From positions 1,156-65,155 of IMG/VR virus record IMGVR_UViG_3300021957_000025: a DNA stretch of 64,000 nucleotides, one strand, 5' to 3'. A program made the translations under genes and the position numbers. Shown in pieces: positions 37,601 through 47,802 of this stretch. Position 1 is the stretch's first letter, and each line of letters starts with the position of its first letter. The notes under the pieces are model-generated. The model was not told the DNA's origin, searched no databases, and saw only the letters and a program-made list of their open reading frames with translations. The stretch comes from a virus (taxonomy: Duplodnaviria; Caudoviricetes).

Positions 37601-37687
37601 GGTTTTCCTTTAAGGTTAAGTTATAAAAATATTGTATAATAGTATATAGACACGGATTATACGCACTTATTTAGACAAATAAAAATC

Positions 37688-38149
37688 CTAATGAATTATT
37701 TTTTCGGGGTCGAAGTCTTCAAGGTCGAAGTCTTCATCGATTAAGTCCATGTCTTCGGGGACAAGGGACTCCATTACTTTTGTTAAATATTCTCTACGTA
37801 CATCATCGGGTACATTCCTTTTGTTGGTTAGTGGTATGCTTTGTGTCTCTACCATCTCTAACCATCTTGATGAAGCTTCATCATAGAATGGAACAAACTG
37901 TTGATTCATATTACTACGGTATAGTATTTGGTCATTTGGAATAACGATGATTGGGTCATCACTAAGAGGTGCATACGGATAGAAGGTTGCAAGAGTTTCA
38001 AGTTTATTTTGCACGGTTAACTGACACATCATAGGTAGTGTTATCTCAATACCTTTAGTTGTGTCTCTTACCATACCCACCACTTCACTACCAGTTTTTA
38101 GTTTTACAACTTCGTATTTTTGTGGTGTTAAATCTGAGGGTCGTGTCAT
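37688..38149 (-). CDS. conserved Sm-like fold protein downstream of uvsW
   Basis: VVKLKTGSEVVG...IIH; usual position in marine T4-like phages. Confidence 0.75.
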   Translation of the reverse strand: MTRPSDLTPQKYEVVKLKTGSEVVGMVRDTTKGIEITLPMMCQLTVQNKLETLATFYPYAPLSDDPIIVIPNDQILYRSNMNQQFVPFYDEASSRWLEMVETQSIPLTNKRNVPDDVRREYLTKVMESLVPEDMDLIDEDFDLEDFDPEKIIH

Positions 38150-39570
38150 TTTAAATCGAACTGCCTTATCTCGTATGTAAAGTTTTCTTCGTTGTATATA
38201 TTTATACGTTCTTTAAGGTGATTGAGAGTATGATTGTTACATTGTAAGTCATCTGATATATCAAATAACCTCATCTCTGTTTTACCGTCAGCCTTACGAA
38301 GTCCTCTACCTATAGATTGAAGGTTTCTGATTCGACTTTTACTTGGGGATGCGAAGACAATATTGTCTATTCGTTTGATGTTAACACCTGTAGAGAAAGT
38401 TCCGTATGATGCTAGTATGACGTTATTGTCACTTCTCTCTACTATTTCTCTAACTGCTTCTCGGTCTTCTACATCTGTCCCACCATTGACATAGTGGAGC
38501 GTTCCCTTTCTTCGTGTGACCATGGGGTTGAACATTTCCCATAGTGGTTGTCCATGTTTCTCAATGTATTGAAATAGTACTAGGGTATTACCTTTCAGTG
38601 ACCCCACAAGATTAGTTATGAAATGATTTCTTTCTTGGTGTGATACTAGATAATCCATCTCATCTTGGTATGACATTTTTTTCTGTTTAGTATGACGAAG
38701 TATGACACATTCTATTTTTAAATTTGCAATCGTTCCCGAATCCATCAACTCCTTTGTGCTTATGACCTTTTTGACAGGGCCGAATAAACCTTCTAGTTGT
38801 AGTCTGTGTACTTCTGTTCCGTCCAGTGTACCAGTACATCCAATACGTACAGCAGTAGTCTTCATCTTTTCAAGTATACCTTTCAGTACATTTGCTTTGA
38901 ATAGATGAGCTTCGTCTCCTATTACAACATCGAATGATTGCATTACTTCCTTTGGTGCTTTACTGAATGACTGCCATGTGGTAACTGTGATTGGTGCATC
39001 GAAAACTTCTTGACCATGATAGATTTTACAGATAGGGTCTTTGTATCCGTAGTCTTTAAAATCCTTAGTCATCTGTTCCACTAATGATGTGGTGGGTACG
39101 ATGATGACTGTCTTAGAGTCATAGTATCTTGCAAGTAAATAAATGATTAGAGACTTACCACTTGCAGTGGGTGATAATAATAGTTGCCTACCATATTGAA
39201 CTGCAGTTTTAAAAGCTTCTAACTGGTAATCTCTTGGTGCAAATGGAAGGTCTAATATACTAATCCAATCTTCTATTGATATCGGCCCGTTGTTTCTTTC
39301 CTTCTTACCAATAACATCTTGAATACCTTCAAACTCGTAACCTCGTTCTCTGCAGAACTCATCTACGTATGGAAGTAACCCAATATAAATCTTGTGTGTT
39401 TTGATTGAGAAAAGATATACTTTACCGTCCCACCATTTGTTTTTATAACTTGGCATGAACTTTGCGTTCGGTACAGCAAAGGAAAAATAGTCGTGAAGGT
39501 CTTTGGCTAGACCATCATCACAGTCTACCCTCATGAAACATTCGTCCACCTTTGATACTGTGACTTTCAT
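38146..39570 (-). CDS. uvsW: SF2 helicase UvsW
   Basis: SPTASGKS, GDEAH and QSIGRGLR motifs; start MKVTV. Confidence 0.96.
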   Translation of the reverse strand: MKVTVSKVDECFMRVDCDDGLAKDLHDYFSFAVPNAKFMPSYKNKWWDGKVYLFSIKTHKIYIGLLPYVDEFCRERGYEFEGIQDVIGKKERNNGPISIEDWISILDLPFAPRDYQLEAFKTAVQYGRQLLLSPTASGKSLIIYLLARYYDSKTVIIVPTTSLVEQMTKDFKDYGYKDPICKIYHGQEVFDAPITVTTWQSFSKAPKEVMQSFDVVIGDEAHLFKANVLKGILEKMKTTAVRIGCTGTLDGTEVHRLQLEGLFGPVKKVISTKELMDSGTIANLKIECVILRHTKQKKMSYQDEMDYLVSHQERNHFITNLVGSLKGNTLVLFQYIEKHGQPLWEMFNPMVTRRKGTLHYVNGGTDVEDREAVREIVERSDNNVILASYGTFSTGVNIKRIDNIVFASPSKSRIRNLQSIGRGLRKADGKTEMRLFDISDDLQCNNHTLNHLKERINIYNEENFTYEIRQFDLK

Positions 39571-39571
39571 T

Positions 39572-40279
39572 TTATCTGTAAGGATGTCCACAAAACCAGC
39601 CAACTAAACTGGTTCGGGTTCCACTGGTGACAGGCGTCACTTGATGGTGTACAAAAGATGGGAACAATAATAATGACCCCTTTTGTTTTGCAGAGTTAGG
39701 AATCTGACGGTAGTAATCCCTCATGTCTCTAGTGTAATCTTTTGAAGTAAGTGTGTCCTTTGAACGAACATCTTCTATCCATTGAAAGTTACCACCCTCG
39801 TATTCATCGGGGTCTGTCAATTGTATGGACATACTTAACTTTCTAATCATACCATTGTTTTCATACGGTACGTCACCAGCATCTTGATGCCATGTGTAAA
39901 ACCCACCACGTTCACCTTGTTGTGCATGATATGTTGTATGTTGAAGTGGTTCAGCATATTCTATGTCGACATTCCATCCACTCTGTTTAGAACCCATAGT
40001 AACAGCTTGTTCTATCCTTGTCCAAACGTCTCCTAGAAGCTTTCCATGGTCTCCATGTAACCATCTAATATCTGATGCTCTTATGTTATCAACGACTTTA
40101 CCACCTGCTCCATTGGCTCTTTTATTGATTACCTCAGCATCGGGGTCTAATCCTACTCTTCCACCTTGCCCTACTGCACCTTCCTCTAAATCGAATTCTG
40201 CAGCTTTACCATTAATAAATTCAACTTCATCTGAAGTTAAAAGTGAAGGGTATGTGAATAGGTAGTTACGTAAATTCAT
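39572..40279 (-). CDS. PKHD-type 2OG-Fe(II) oxygenase
   Basis: YTWHQD, RKLSMSIQL, YEGG and FPSFVHHQVTPVTSGTRTSLVGW motifs. Confidence 0.9.
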   Translation of the reverse strand: MNLRNYLFTYPSLLTSDEVEFINGKAAEFDLEEGAVGQGGRVGLDPDAEVINKRANGAGGKVVDNIRASDIRWLHGDHGKLLGDVWTRIEQAVTMGSKQSGWNVDIEYAEPLQHTTYHAQQGERGGFYTWHQDAGDVPYENNGMIRKLSMSIQLTDPDEYEGGNFQWIEDVRSKDTLTSKDYTRDMRDYYRQIPNSAKQKGSLLLFPSFVHHQVTPVTSGTRTSLVGWFCGHPYR

Positions 40280-40722
40280 TATTGACCTGCCATGAATTTT
40301 CTCCAATCAATCGTGTTCTTGATTGTTTGGTGTCTCCATGTGATGTTCTGCATACATTCTTTAAGGAAGTCTACAGTAACTTTTAGATACTCAATCTTTG
40401 CATTGAGTTGTTGTAAATCTGTATCGGCATTGAAAAAGATGTTCATATCATTCTTCATAATTTTAAGACCATCGAATGGGTCGGGGTTCCAACCTAGTTC
40501 CTTTATTCTATCATCATCCATTTTACCATTGAACCACAACCACTTATCTTTAAGTAAAGTATTGTATTGTTCTTGGTATCTTTTGTGAACTAGTATTTTA
40601 GTAGTGAGTAAGTCTTGGTATTTTGCATGAAGCTTAGGTACTTCTAAGGATGCAGTATCCAATTCAATGTCATCTATTTCACAGTCACTTGCCCACTGGG
40701 CTTTCAATTCTTCTAAAGTCAT
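40279..40722 (-). CDS. uvsY: recombination mediator UvsY
   Basis: PKLHAKY and IKNTIDWRKFMAG motifs. Confidence 0.93.
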   Translation of the reverse strand: MTLEELKAQWASDCEIDDIELDTASLEVPKLHAKYQDLLTTKILVHKRYQEQYNTLLKDKWLWFNGKMDDDRIKELGWNPDPFDGLKIMKNDMNIFFNADTDLQQLNAKIEYLKVTVDFLKECMQNITWRHQTIKNTIDWRKFMAGQ

Positions 40723-40750
40723 AATAATATTATATCACGAAAACGTGAAT

Positions 40751-41287
40751 CTAACTAGTGGTTTCTATGTCGTAGTAAGTAAATTTAAACTCAATAGTTG
40801 CAACCACAGATTCACCATCTGCACCCGATTCAAACTCTAATCCACTTAGACCGATTGGAAAGCAGTCATGGAATCTAAAGTATCTATTGGGTATGTTTTT
40901 GTTTGTTGTTGTAATAAGAGTGATATCAGATACTTCTGAGCCTGCATCTCCCTTATCCGAAGACGTTCCTATTAGATTTCTACTGGTACCAACATAGGTC
41001 TCATAATCTTTAGGGTCTTTAATTGGTACAATTGCATTCATCCATTCGTACACTTCTTTGAAGTTCTCTAGGTCTTCATCCACCAAGAAGTCTACAGATA
41101 GATTTTCAAATGTAACTTTGTCGCCTGGAAAATATGCATCCAACCCAACCCCAGCACCGTGTGCTAATTCTGAGAATGACACGCCTGGAATATTACACTT
41201 CTTGACAAAGTATTCTGCAGTTGGTATCCTATCAATAAGAAGTCTAAAGTTGTTCTTATTGAGAAGAGATTTGTTGATATCACCCAT
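40751..41287 (-). CDS. gp3: tail tube terminator/completion protein
   Basis: NIPGVS, PGDKVTF, FLVDEDLENF and FPIGLSGLEF motifs. Confidence 0.9.
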   Translation of the reverse strand: MGDINKSLLNKNNFRLLIDRIPTAEYFVKKCNIPGVSFSELAHGAGVGLDAYFPGDKVTFENLSVDFLVDEDLENFKEVYEWMNAIVPIKDPKDYETYVGTSRNLIGTSSDKGDAGSEVSDITLITTTNKNIPNRYFRFHDCFPIGLSGLEFESGADGESVVATIEFKFTYYDIETTS

Positions 41288-41498
41288 GGACTCTTGTTAT
41301 CCGTTTGTTAGTAGTGATGTCGTGATAATCGTCACCCCTATACTCTCTTGTTGTAGTTTCTTCACATAGATATCCTTCTTGGATATAAGTGGTTACAGTT
41401 TTTCTAGAGATTACATTTGTGTTCTCTCGACCTTGTGGAAATGTTTTTGCTTCCCATGGGCCCTCTAAAACTTGTACACTCTTTTCATAATTTGACAT
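41280..41498 (-). CDS. hypothetical protein
   Basis: ORF with GGAG SD and a CTAAATA late box. Confidence 0.7.
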   Translation of the reverse strand: MSNYEKSVQVLEGPWEAKTFPQGRENTNVISRKTVTTYIQEGYLCEETTTREYRGDDYHDITTNKRITRVHG

Positions 41499-41516
41499 AT
41501 TGTTCTCCGTATATAC

Positions 41517-42314
41517 TTATTTAGGTGTTTTGATATGCCAGAACCTACGGAAGTGAACATAATTTGGTGGTATTGATGCAAACTTACATGCCTTATTTGG
41601 ATTCTTAGGATGCACATCTTCCAGTGTCCAACTGTATACGTCTCTTCTATAGACTTCGTTAGGTATGATTATACCAAAGTCATTATCCAAATCTTCATCA
41701 TCATATCTTGCGTATATCTTACCTATCTCATCTAAGTATTCTTCTACATGTGTATCATTAAATGAAGCTTCCCACTGGTCGAACCCATTAAAGACTCTAC
41801 AATTTCTCTTCTTTGCTTCGCCTGGAGCTCCATGTACAGCAGACATCTTTTCTTGTCTAAACCATGGTGCCGGCATTGGTAATGTATTGACTGCAGTCTC
41901 TAAAAACATTTCATCAGTATGATTAAATGCTCTTCTCAAATCATCGTAGATATTTTTAACGTGATACAGAGTACCAAAGTGAATAATCAAATCCCACTTT
42001 CTTCTGAACGACCATTCTTCATTATGATTGATACATAACTTCTCTGAGTCTGTGTCTATTGAATCTAATAATTCCTGTCTTGCATCTGCATAGGATACAG
42101 TTGCACCTAACTTTTCAAAGTGTCTACCAATTAGTCCATGTGCAGTTCCTAGTTCTAGGATAGTCTTCCCATCAAACCAATCTTCACCTTTACAATCGAT
42201 AACCTTTTTAACTCGTGCTTCCGTTGGAAGGTACATTGTGTGTTCGTCATCTGTGATTGGATTCTTCCATTTAAAGAAACCTTCCAACCCCTCACCATAC
42301 TTAATCATCTTCAT
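41517..42314 (-). CDS. class I SAM-dependent methyltransferase
   Basis: ILELGTAHG, ADAR and WDLIIHFGTLYHV motifs; ATG 5 nt after TAAATA. Confidence 0.8.
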   Translation of the reverse strand: MKMIKYGEGLEGFFKWKNPITDDEHTMYLPTEARVKKVIDCKGEDWFDGKTILELGTAHGLIGRHFEKLGATVSYADARQELLDSIDTDSEKLCINHNEEWSFRRKWDLIIHFGTLYHVKNIYDDLRRAFNHTDEMFLETAVNTLPMPAPWFRQEKMSAVHGAPGEAKKRNCRVFNGFDQWEASFNDTHVEEYLDEIGKIYARYDDEDLDNDFGIIIPNEVYRRDVYSWTLEDVHPKNPNKACKFASIPPNYVHFRRFWHIKTPK

Positions 42315-42330
42315 ACAGGTATTTATCGCC

Positions 42331-42358
42331 AAAAAAAACCCCTCGTGAGAGGGGTTTT
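42331..42358 (-). terminator. rho-independent terminator after gp23
   Basis: AAAACCCCUC-UCAC-GAGGGG followed by U8. Confidence 0.9.
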
Positions 42359-42392
42359 AGTATTCCAATTAAGGAATGAGAACCTAAGTTCC

Positions 42393-43697
42393 TTACAGAA
42401 TGTTAGACACTGCCATCTTTCTGTAGTACTGGTTAGTTCCATTGGATGCAAGTCCGTCAGCAGGTACATTACCTACGAATGGATTTGAAACCATACCATA
42501 TCTAGTTTTGAAACCGATTTTTGGTTGGAATGTGTTCTCACCTACTGCACGAACCATTTGTAATGGAACGTATGGGCAATAGAAAAGACCAGCATCATAA
42601 GGGTTAGTTCCTCTATAACCTACTGTTAAGTAGTCAACACCAGCATATGGGTCAACATATACTTTAACTCTTCCGTTTAGAAGACCAGCAAAAGTATTAC
42701 CAGTATCGTCAACGTTTAAGTTTGTGTTAAGAGCAGGAGTGTAATCTAATACACCTGCCATTGAAAGAGCAGAAGCTACATCACTTGAACAAAGGATAAA
42801 GTTACCTTTTCCTCTTCTTGTATCTTTAGCGATGAAGTTTGATTCTCTTTCGATTTGGAACAATAATCCTTTGAATTTCTCAACAGACCATCTACCGTTA
42901 GCATCAACATCTAAGTTGAAAGTACCTGCTGAAGCTGTTGAAGCTGCACCAGTTTTTGCTTGTAAGTTAACATTTCTGATAACTTCACGGTTGATTTCTG
43001 CAAGAATTTCTGATGAAAGAATATTTGCAAGTTCTGATTCTGCGTCAAGACCGTGGATTGCTTTGAGGTCTTGTGCAAGTTCGAGTGTGTACTCAGCTTT
43101 TAATGCTCTGGATTTAGCAGTGACAGTAGCTTTCTCGATTGAGAATGCCATCTCTGCAAAGTGATTTCCTGCTGCATCACCTAATGCTTCAGCAGAAGCA
43201 GTACTCATACCACCACTTGTAGTGGATGCGTATGAAGGAGATGATGTGTCGAAAGGGTCACCTATTGGGTCTGAACCTAGTGAAGTACCTGTTCCTTGAG
43301 GAGATGCAGAGTAATCAGTTCTTGCTTCGTTATGAAGTGCTTCTGATTTTGCAGCTCTATCGGCGTCAGTATCATCGTTATATCTTGCTTTCATAGCAAA
43401 GATAAGTCCAGTTGGGCCTGTCATTGGTTGAACACCACAAATGTCGTATGCAACGAGATTTGGCATAGCACGTCTTACTAATGAAATCAAAATAGGATTC
43501 CAGTTTGCAACCGCGCTTCCAGTAGCATTTAAAGGTGCTGCTTCTTCCAAGTTTCCTTGCTCTTCGAAAAGGGCCTTCTCTTGGTTTTCAAGAATAACAG
43601 CAGTAACAGCACGCTTGTAGTTGTCTTCGATTTTTGGCAAATCGGAGTGTTCTAGAATTGGCTCCCACTTTTCTTGTAAGTTTTCTGATAAAAACAT
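42393..43697 (-). CDS. gp23: major capsid protein
   Basis: ICGVQPMTGPTGLIFAM, KSRALKAEY and FQPKIGFKTRYG motifs. Confidence 0.98.
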   Translation of the reverse strand: MFLSENLQEKWEPILEHSDLPKIEDNYKRAVTAVILENQEKALFEEQGNLEEAAPLNATGSAVANWNPILISLVRRAMPNLVAYDICGVQPMTGPTGLIFAMKARYNDDTDADRAAKSEALHNEARTDYSASPQGTGTSLGSDPIGDPFDTSSPSYASTTSGGMSTASAEALGDAAGNHFAEMAFSIEKATVTAKSRALKAEYTLELAQDLKAIHGLDAESELANILSSEILAEINREVIRNVNLQAKTGAASTASAGTFNLDVDANGRWSVEKFKGLLFQIERESNFIAKDTRRGKGNFILCSSDVASALSMAGVLDYTPALNTNLNVDDTGNTFAGLLNGRVKVYVDPYAGVDYLTVGYRGTNPYDAGLFYCPYVPLQMVRAVGENTFQPKIGFKTRYGMVSNPFVGNVPADGLASNGTNQYYRKMAVSNIL

Positions 43698-43715
43698 TTT
43701 ATTTTTCCTTTAAAT

Positions 43716-45056
43716 TTAACCTAATGGTTTTAGTTTAGTTATTGCTTGAGTGTACTGTTGCATGTCGGGAGCAAGTAGTGGTTCTTTCTTTTCAGAAAGT
43801 TCCCCTGTTCCTTCTTCTACAATAGTATCCTCAACTAGTTTATCACTCTCTTTTGGAAAGTAAGCTTCAGCGATTTCTGCAATCTTCTCAGCGAAGTCTG
43901 CTTCATCTTTGAAGTCTACACCATTAGATAATGATTCTAGCTTCTCTTTTTGTGACTCGGACAAACTGTCACCAGCTGCCTTAACCACGTTACTTCTCTT
44001 GAGGGCATCTAACTCTTCTGTGACATCAATATTTTTACTGACTTCACCATCAAGCTTTTGCTCCATCTCATCGAGACGATTTGCGAGTTCATCGATAACG
44101 TTGTACTTATCTTCTGGCACGTCAACATAGTGTTCTGTGAACAATGTTTTCAAACCATCGATGAAGTTCTCTGTCATCTCTGCTCTCAATCCTCTTTCTA
44201 TTGCAAGTTCGTTTTCTTTCGTCCACTCGTCTGCAACATATGAAAGATATTTGTCAACGCCTTCCGCAAGGTCAGCTTTGACTTTTTCCACTGAGGATTT
44301 TAATTCTTCTGAATATTGGGTTTCTAAAGACTCTTTAATCTCTTCTATTTTAGATGAGACTGCAGCCTTGAAGATAGTTCTTGCTTTCTCAGCACTTTCT
44401 TCCGAAAGGTCTAGTGCTTCAGAGATTTTAGATAGGTCGTCTTCTACTTCAATCTCGACTAGGTTTGCTTCGAGCTCTGCAGAAGTTTCTTCGTCAACGA
44501 TTTCCTCTTTGACTTCTTCTTCCTCTTCTTCTTTTTCAGACCACTTTTCAGCAAGTTCTGCAACTGCTTCTTCGTCCATAGACTTTAGTGATTCTACAAT
44601 TTTTCTAGCTACTTCTGCTTTAGTCAAGGTCTCGTCAACTTCGTCTTCTGATATAGAACTGAATCTACTTTGAAGTTCTTCCTTAGTCATTTCCTTCATG
44701 TTGTTGACGATAGCTTTGATTGATTCCATTTTTGTTGCCTTAACAACATCTTTAGACTCTTCTTCTTCTGAAACTTTTGCAAGTTTAGGTTGACTGTCAC
44801 CTTTTCCAGCATTCTTTTGATGTGCATCACCACTAACTGGTTTCACATTTTCTGCTTTCTTCTGTGCATCAACTGCTTTGTCAACAGGATTTTCTTCGGG
44901 TTTGACGACTTCAGCTTTACCGCTTTCGATTTTCTCGGCATCTGATGAACCTTGCTTAACAGGTTTCGCGTCACCTTTTTGAGCACCATCTGTAGGTTGC
45001 TTCTCTTCAGAAACTTCTACTTCTGTACTTTCTAGGTTATTTTCTAACTCTGCCAT
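43716..45056 (-). CDS. gp22: prohead core scaffold protein
   Basis: Acidic coiled coil, KARTIFKAAV and YLSYVADEW motifs; synteny. Confidence 0.92.
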   Translation of the reverse strand: MAELENNLESTEVEVSEEKQPTDGAQKGDAKPVKQGSSDAEKIESGKAEVVKPEENPVDKAVDAQKKAENVKPVSGDAHQKNAGKGDSQPKLAKVSEEEESKDVVKATKMESIKAIVNNMKEMTKEELQSRFSSISEDEVDETLTKAEVARKIVESLKSMDEEAVAELAEKWSEKEEEEEEVKEEIVDEETSAELEANLVEIEVEDDLSKISEALDLSEESAEKARTIFKAAVSSKIEEIKESLETQYSEELKSSVEKVKADLAEGVDKYLSYVADEWTKENELAIERGLRAEMTENFIDGLKTLFTEHYVDVPEDKYNVIDELANRLDEMEQKLDGEVSKNIDVTEELDALKRSNVVKAAGDSLSESQKEKLESLSNGVDFKDEADFAEKIAEIAEAYFPKESDKLVEDTIVEEGTGELSEKKEPLLAPDMQQYTQAITKLKPLG

Positions 45057-45094
45057 GTTTTTCTCCTGTTTGAGTTTACTTTTTTATTTATATG

Positions 45095-45748
45095 TTATAG
45101 GCTTTCAACAAACCTTTTCCATAGATTTAACTTGGTTTCTTCCAATTTATTCAGTTTAGCACCCCTTAATTCGGTTCGCATCTTCTCTGAATCAACTGCT
45201 TTCAATATACCATTAGACATAATCCACTCTACACCTTCGTATATACCTTCAACGAAGGCCTCGGGTGCAGAAGGGTCTGCAACTATATCGGCTGCTGTTG
45301 CTAATTGAAAGTCCCCTTTTACGTATTGAGCTCCACCTTTTTCTTCCAAGGAACCTAATCCTCTAGATGATACTCCTAGTTTGGCACCGTCATCAATCAA
45401 ATTTCTTACGATTTGACCGTTTGGTGTGCTCAAAATCTTTGCACGTCCCACATAATTGTTACCATCTTCTTCTAAAGATGTGATTAAGTGTGACACTTTG
45501 TCAAGATTAATAGTCGGGCCCTCGGGATGTCCGAGTTCTCCAAATGCTCTATCTTTCTCAACGAATTCTTTTCTGTAACGGTTTACTTCTTTTTCCATTA
45601 TCTCTTTAGGATATACACGTCCGTTACGGTTCTTAATTTCAGACTGCATGAAAACACCTTCGATGAAGTATTCCTTCTGTCCCTTTGCGTTTTCTTCGAT
45701 GACAACTGGTGTCATTTGATAATCGTTATACTCTGATATTAATTTCAT
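45095..45748 (-). CDS. gp21: prohead protease
   Basis: NRNGRVY, GELGHP, GVSSRGLGS and DIVADPSAP motifs. Confidence 0.96.
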   Translation of the reverse strand: MKLISEYNDYQMTPVVIEENAKGQKEYFIEGVFMQSEIKNRNGRVYPKEIMEKEVNRYRKEFVEKDRAFGELGHPEGPTINLDKVSHLITSLEEDGNNYVGRAKILSTPNGQIVRNLIDDGAKLGVSSRGLGSLEEKGGAQYVKGDFQLATAADIVADPSAPEAFVEGIYEGVEWIMSNGILKAVDSEKMRTELRGAKLNKLEETKLNLWKRFVESL

Positions 45749-46034
45749 GTATTATTTCCTCTATGTTTATTCCTTCTTCAGACATGTTTGACATAATCTT
45801 TCTAATGTCTTTCATCTCTTTTTCAGCAGATTTCAAATCTTTGTAAGGTGAATCACCACTAAACAAATTCCCATCCATATAAACATCTACTTTATTTCTT
45901 TTGTTCTGTACAAAAGAAACTGAAACTTTCTTTCCACCAATCTTTAAAACATCAACCTTGAGCTCCTTTGAACCACTAGGCAATTTTAGTTTTGCCTCGT
46001 TCAACTCAGATTGTACTGTTCTAAATGACTTCAC
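45726..46034 (-). CDS. prohead core protein (gp68-like), GTG start
   Basis: VKSFRTVQSELNEA; position between gp20 and gp21. Confidence 0.65.
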   Translation of the reverse strand: MKSFRTVQSELNEAKLKLPSGSKELKVDVLKIGGKKVSVSFVQNKRNKVDVYMDGNLFSGDSPYKDLKSAEKEMKDIRKIMSNMSEEGINIEEIIHEINIRV

Positions 46035-46035
46035 C

Positions 46036-46212
46036 TTACTCTCCTGTAGGTTCCTGTGGTGTATCCATCCAGTCGACTTGAGCATTAACTCTCTTCATGT
46101 CTACTGCATCTGCAGCTGCTTTCTTAATTCCATCACCGATAGAACCTTTTGCAGCTTCAAGTTGACCTGCTTCTATTTGGTCAACGATTTGTTTTGATAT
46201 TTCACTACTCAT
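46036..46212 (-). CDS. prohead core protein (gp67-like, 58 aa)
   Basis: Hand-translated MSSEISKQIVDQIEAGQLEAAK...; GGAG SD; follows gp20. Confidence 0.7.
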   Translation of the reverse strand: MSSEISKQIVDQIEAGQLEAAKGSIGDGIKKAAADAVDMKRVNAQVDWMDTPQEPTGE

Positions 46213-46221
46213 AATTTACTC

Positions 46222-47760
46222 CTAAAAACCACCGAAGTCGTCATCGTCTTCGTTACCACCCTCTTCATTGCCACCTTCATCTTTAATCTGTTGGTCAATG
46301 ATACGGATATCTTCTTCTGTCTGTCTCAGTATATACTTTCTAACATACTCGTCTGAATAGTATTTACCAACATAGTCAGCTGCCTGTGAGAGAGTATCTA
46401 GTCTCTCTCTTAAAATCTCTGCATCCTTCAACTCTGTAAAATGGTTGTCGGTTGCATAATCATACAAGAGAAAGTCCTTGAATTTATCGAACTCTTCTCC
46501 TGTTACAATTTCCTTAAGTACTAATTGTGTCTTAAGAATATCTGTAAAAACTCTTCCAAACTTCTTCTGAAGTCTGTTTGTGAACTTATTAAACTTAAGT
46601 TCATCTCTAGAAATCTCTGAAGCACGACCCATGTTAAACCCATTGTCTGCTTCCATTCTAGATGAAGGTACATTTAGAGACTGATATAACTTCTTCTTGA
46701 AGTATTCGATATCATCTATATCTGCTAGGTTTTGTCCGCCTGGCAATGTAGTAATCTCTGTTCCTCTACCACCTTCTCTTCTAGGCAACCAAAAATCTTC
46801 CAACATACTCATATGTTTTCTATCATCTTTGATTTCACCTGTATCTGCATTGTAAACCAACTTGTTCTTGTATCGGTTCATTACATCAGCAAGATACTGT
46901 TCTGCTTTTGCTTTCGGAAGGTTACCTACGTCAATGTAGAATATTCTTCTTTCGGGAGCTCTTGATATCCTATAGATAACAAGTGCATCTTCCATCATTG
47001 ATAACTGATTTGCAGTCTTCAATGCCTTGTGCAGATACCCGATGACTACGTTCTTAGTGTAGTCAAGTAATCCCGAAGTCGTATAAGTAACTGCCTCGGG
47101 TGCAATTCGTACAGTGTTTCCTTCCGCTGCACTGGATTTATCAAAACCCTTATCATTGAAAACGAAAAACTCTTCTATCGCTGAAATCCTTTCGACCTTA
47201 GTCTTGGGGTCTCTTTCTTTCTCAATGTTTCTGACCTTCTTAATTTTAATAGGGTCAATGTTTCTTAGGTCTACTATACCACCTTTAGGTTTTTTAGCGT
47301 CAACGACCTTATGGAAGTATACCCTTCCATCTACGTACCATTTTCGGAAAATTTCATGAGAGTTCTGATTGAACTTCATCATTGATAGGATGTTGTAAAA
47401 CTCGTTTTGTATCTTTGTTTTGATACTATCAGAGAGTTTAACATCTCTGAGGTCGAGTGTGACTATCCTATCAGAACTATCCGATGTGATACACTCATTA
47501 ACTATATCTTCGATTGCAGAATCACATTCTGGCACCAAAGATACTTCACGATATCTACGAATGAGTTCTGCCTCATTCTTGATACCACCTTCCATGTCGA
47601 TGTAAGCACCGTATGCTCCACCACCCACGAAACCACTTTGTTGTTGAATGACGGGCGTACCGTCATCGTCAACTGGTGGAACGAAAGAAGGTGCCTTCGG
47701 CAACTCCTTCGCTCTTAGTTCATCCTTTTTACGGGATATTTCAAATCCTAAAAATTCCAT
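46222..47760 (-). CDS. gp20: portal vertex protein
   Basis: WYVDGR, YRISRAPERRIFYIDVGNLPK and EDFWLPRREGGRGTEI motifs. Confidence 0.98.
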   Translation of the reverse strand: MEFLGFEISRKKDELRAKELPKAPSFVPPVDDDGTPVIQQQSGFVGGGAYGAYIDMEGGIKNEAELIRRYREVSLVPECDSAIEDIVNECITSDSSDRIVTLDLRDVKLSDSIKTKIQNEFYNILSMMKFNQNSHEIFRKWYVDGRVYFHKVVDAKKPKGGIVDLRNIDPIKIKKVRNIEKERDPKTKVERISAIEEFFVFNDKGFDKSSAAEGNTVRIAPEAVTYTTSGLLDYTKNVVIGYLHKALKTANQLSMMEDALVIYRISRAPERRIFYIDVGNLPKAKAEQYLADVMNRYKNKLVYNADTGEIKDDRKHMSMLEDFWLPRREGGRGTEITTLPGGQNLADIDDIEYFKKKLYQSLNVPSSRMEADNGFNMGRASEISRDELKFNKFTNRLQKKFGRVFTDILKTQLVLKEIVTGEEFDKFKDFLLYDYATDNHFTELKDAEILRERLDTLSQAADYVGKYYSDEYVRKYILRQTEEDIRIIDQQIKDEGGNEEGGNEDDDDFGGF

Positions 47761-47802
47761 ACTATTATTTATACCACCTAAAAGTGGTGTTATTCACTGT
47801 TC

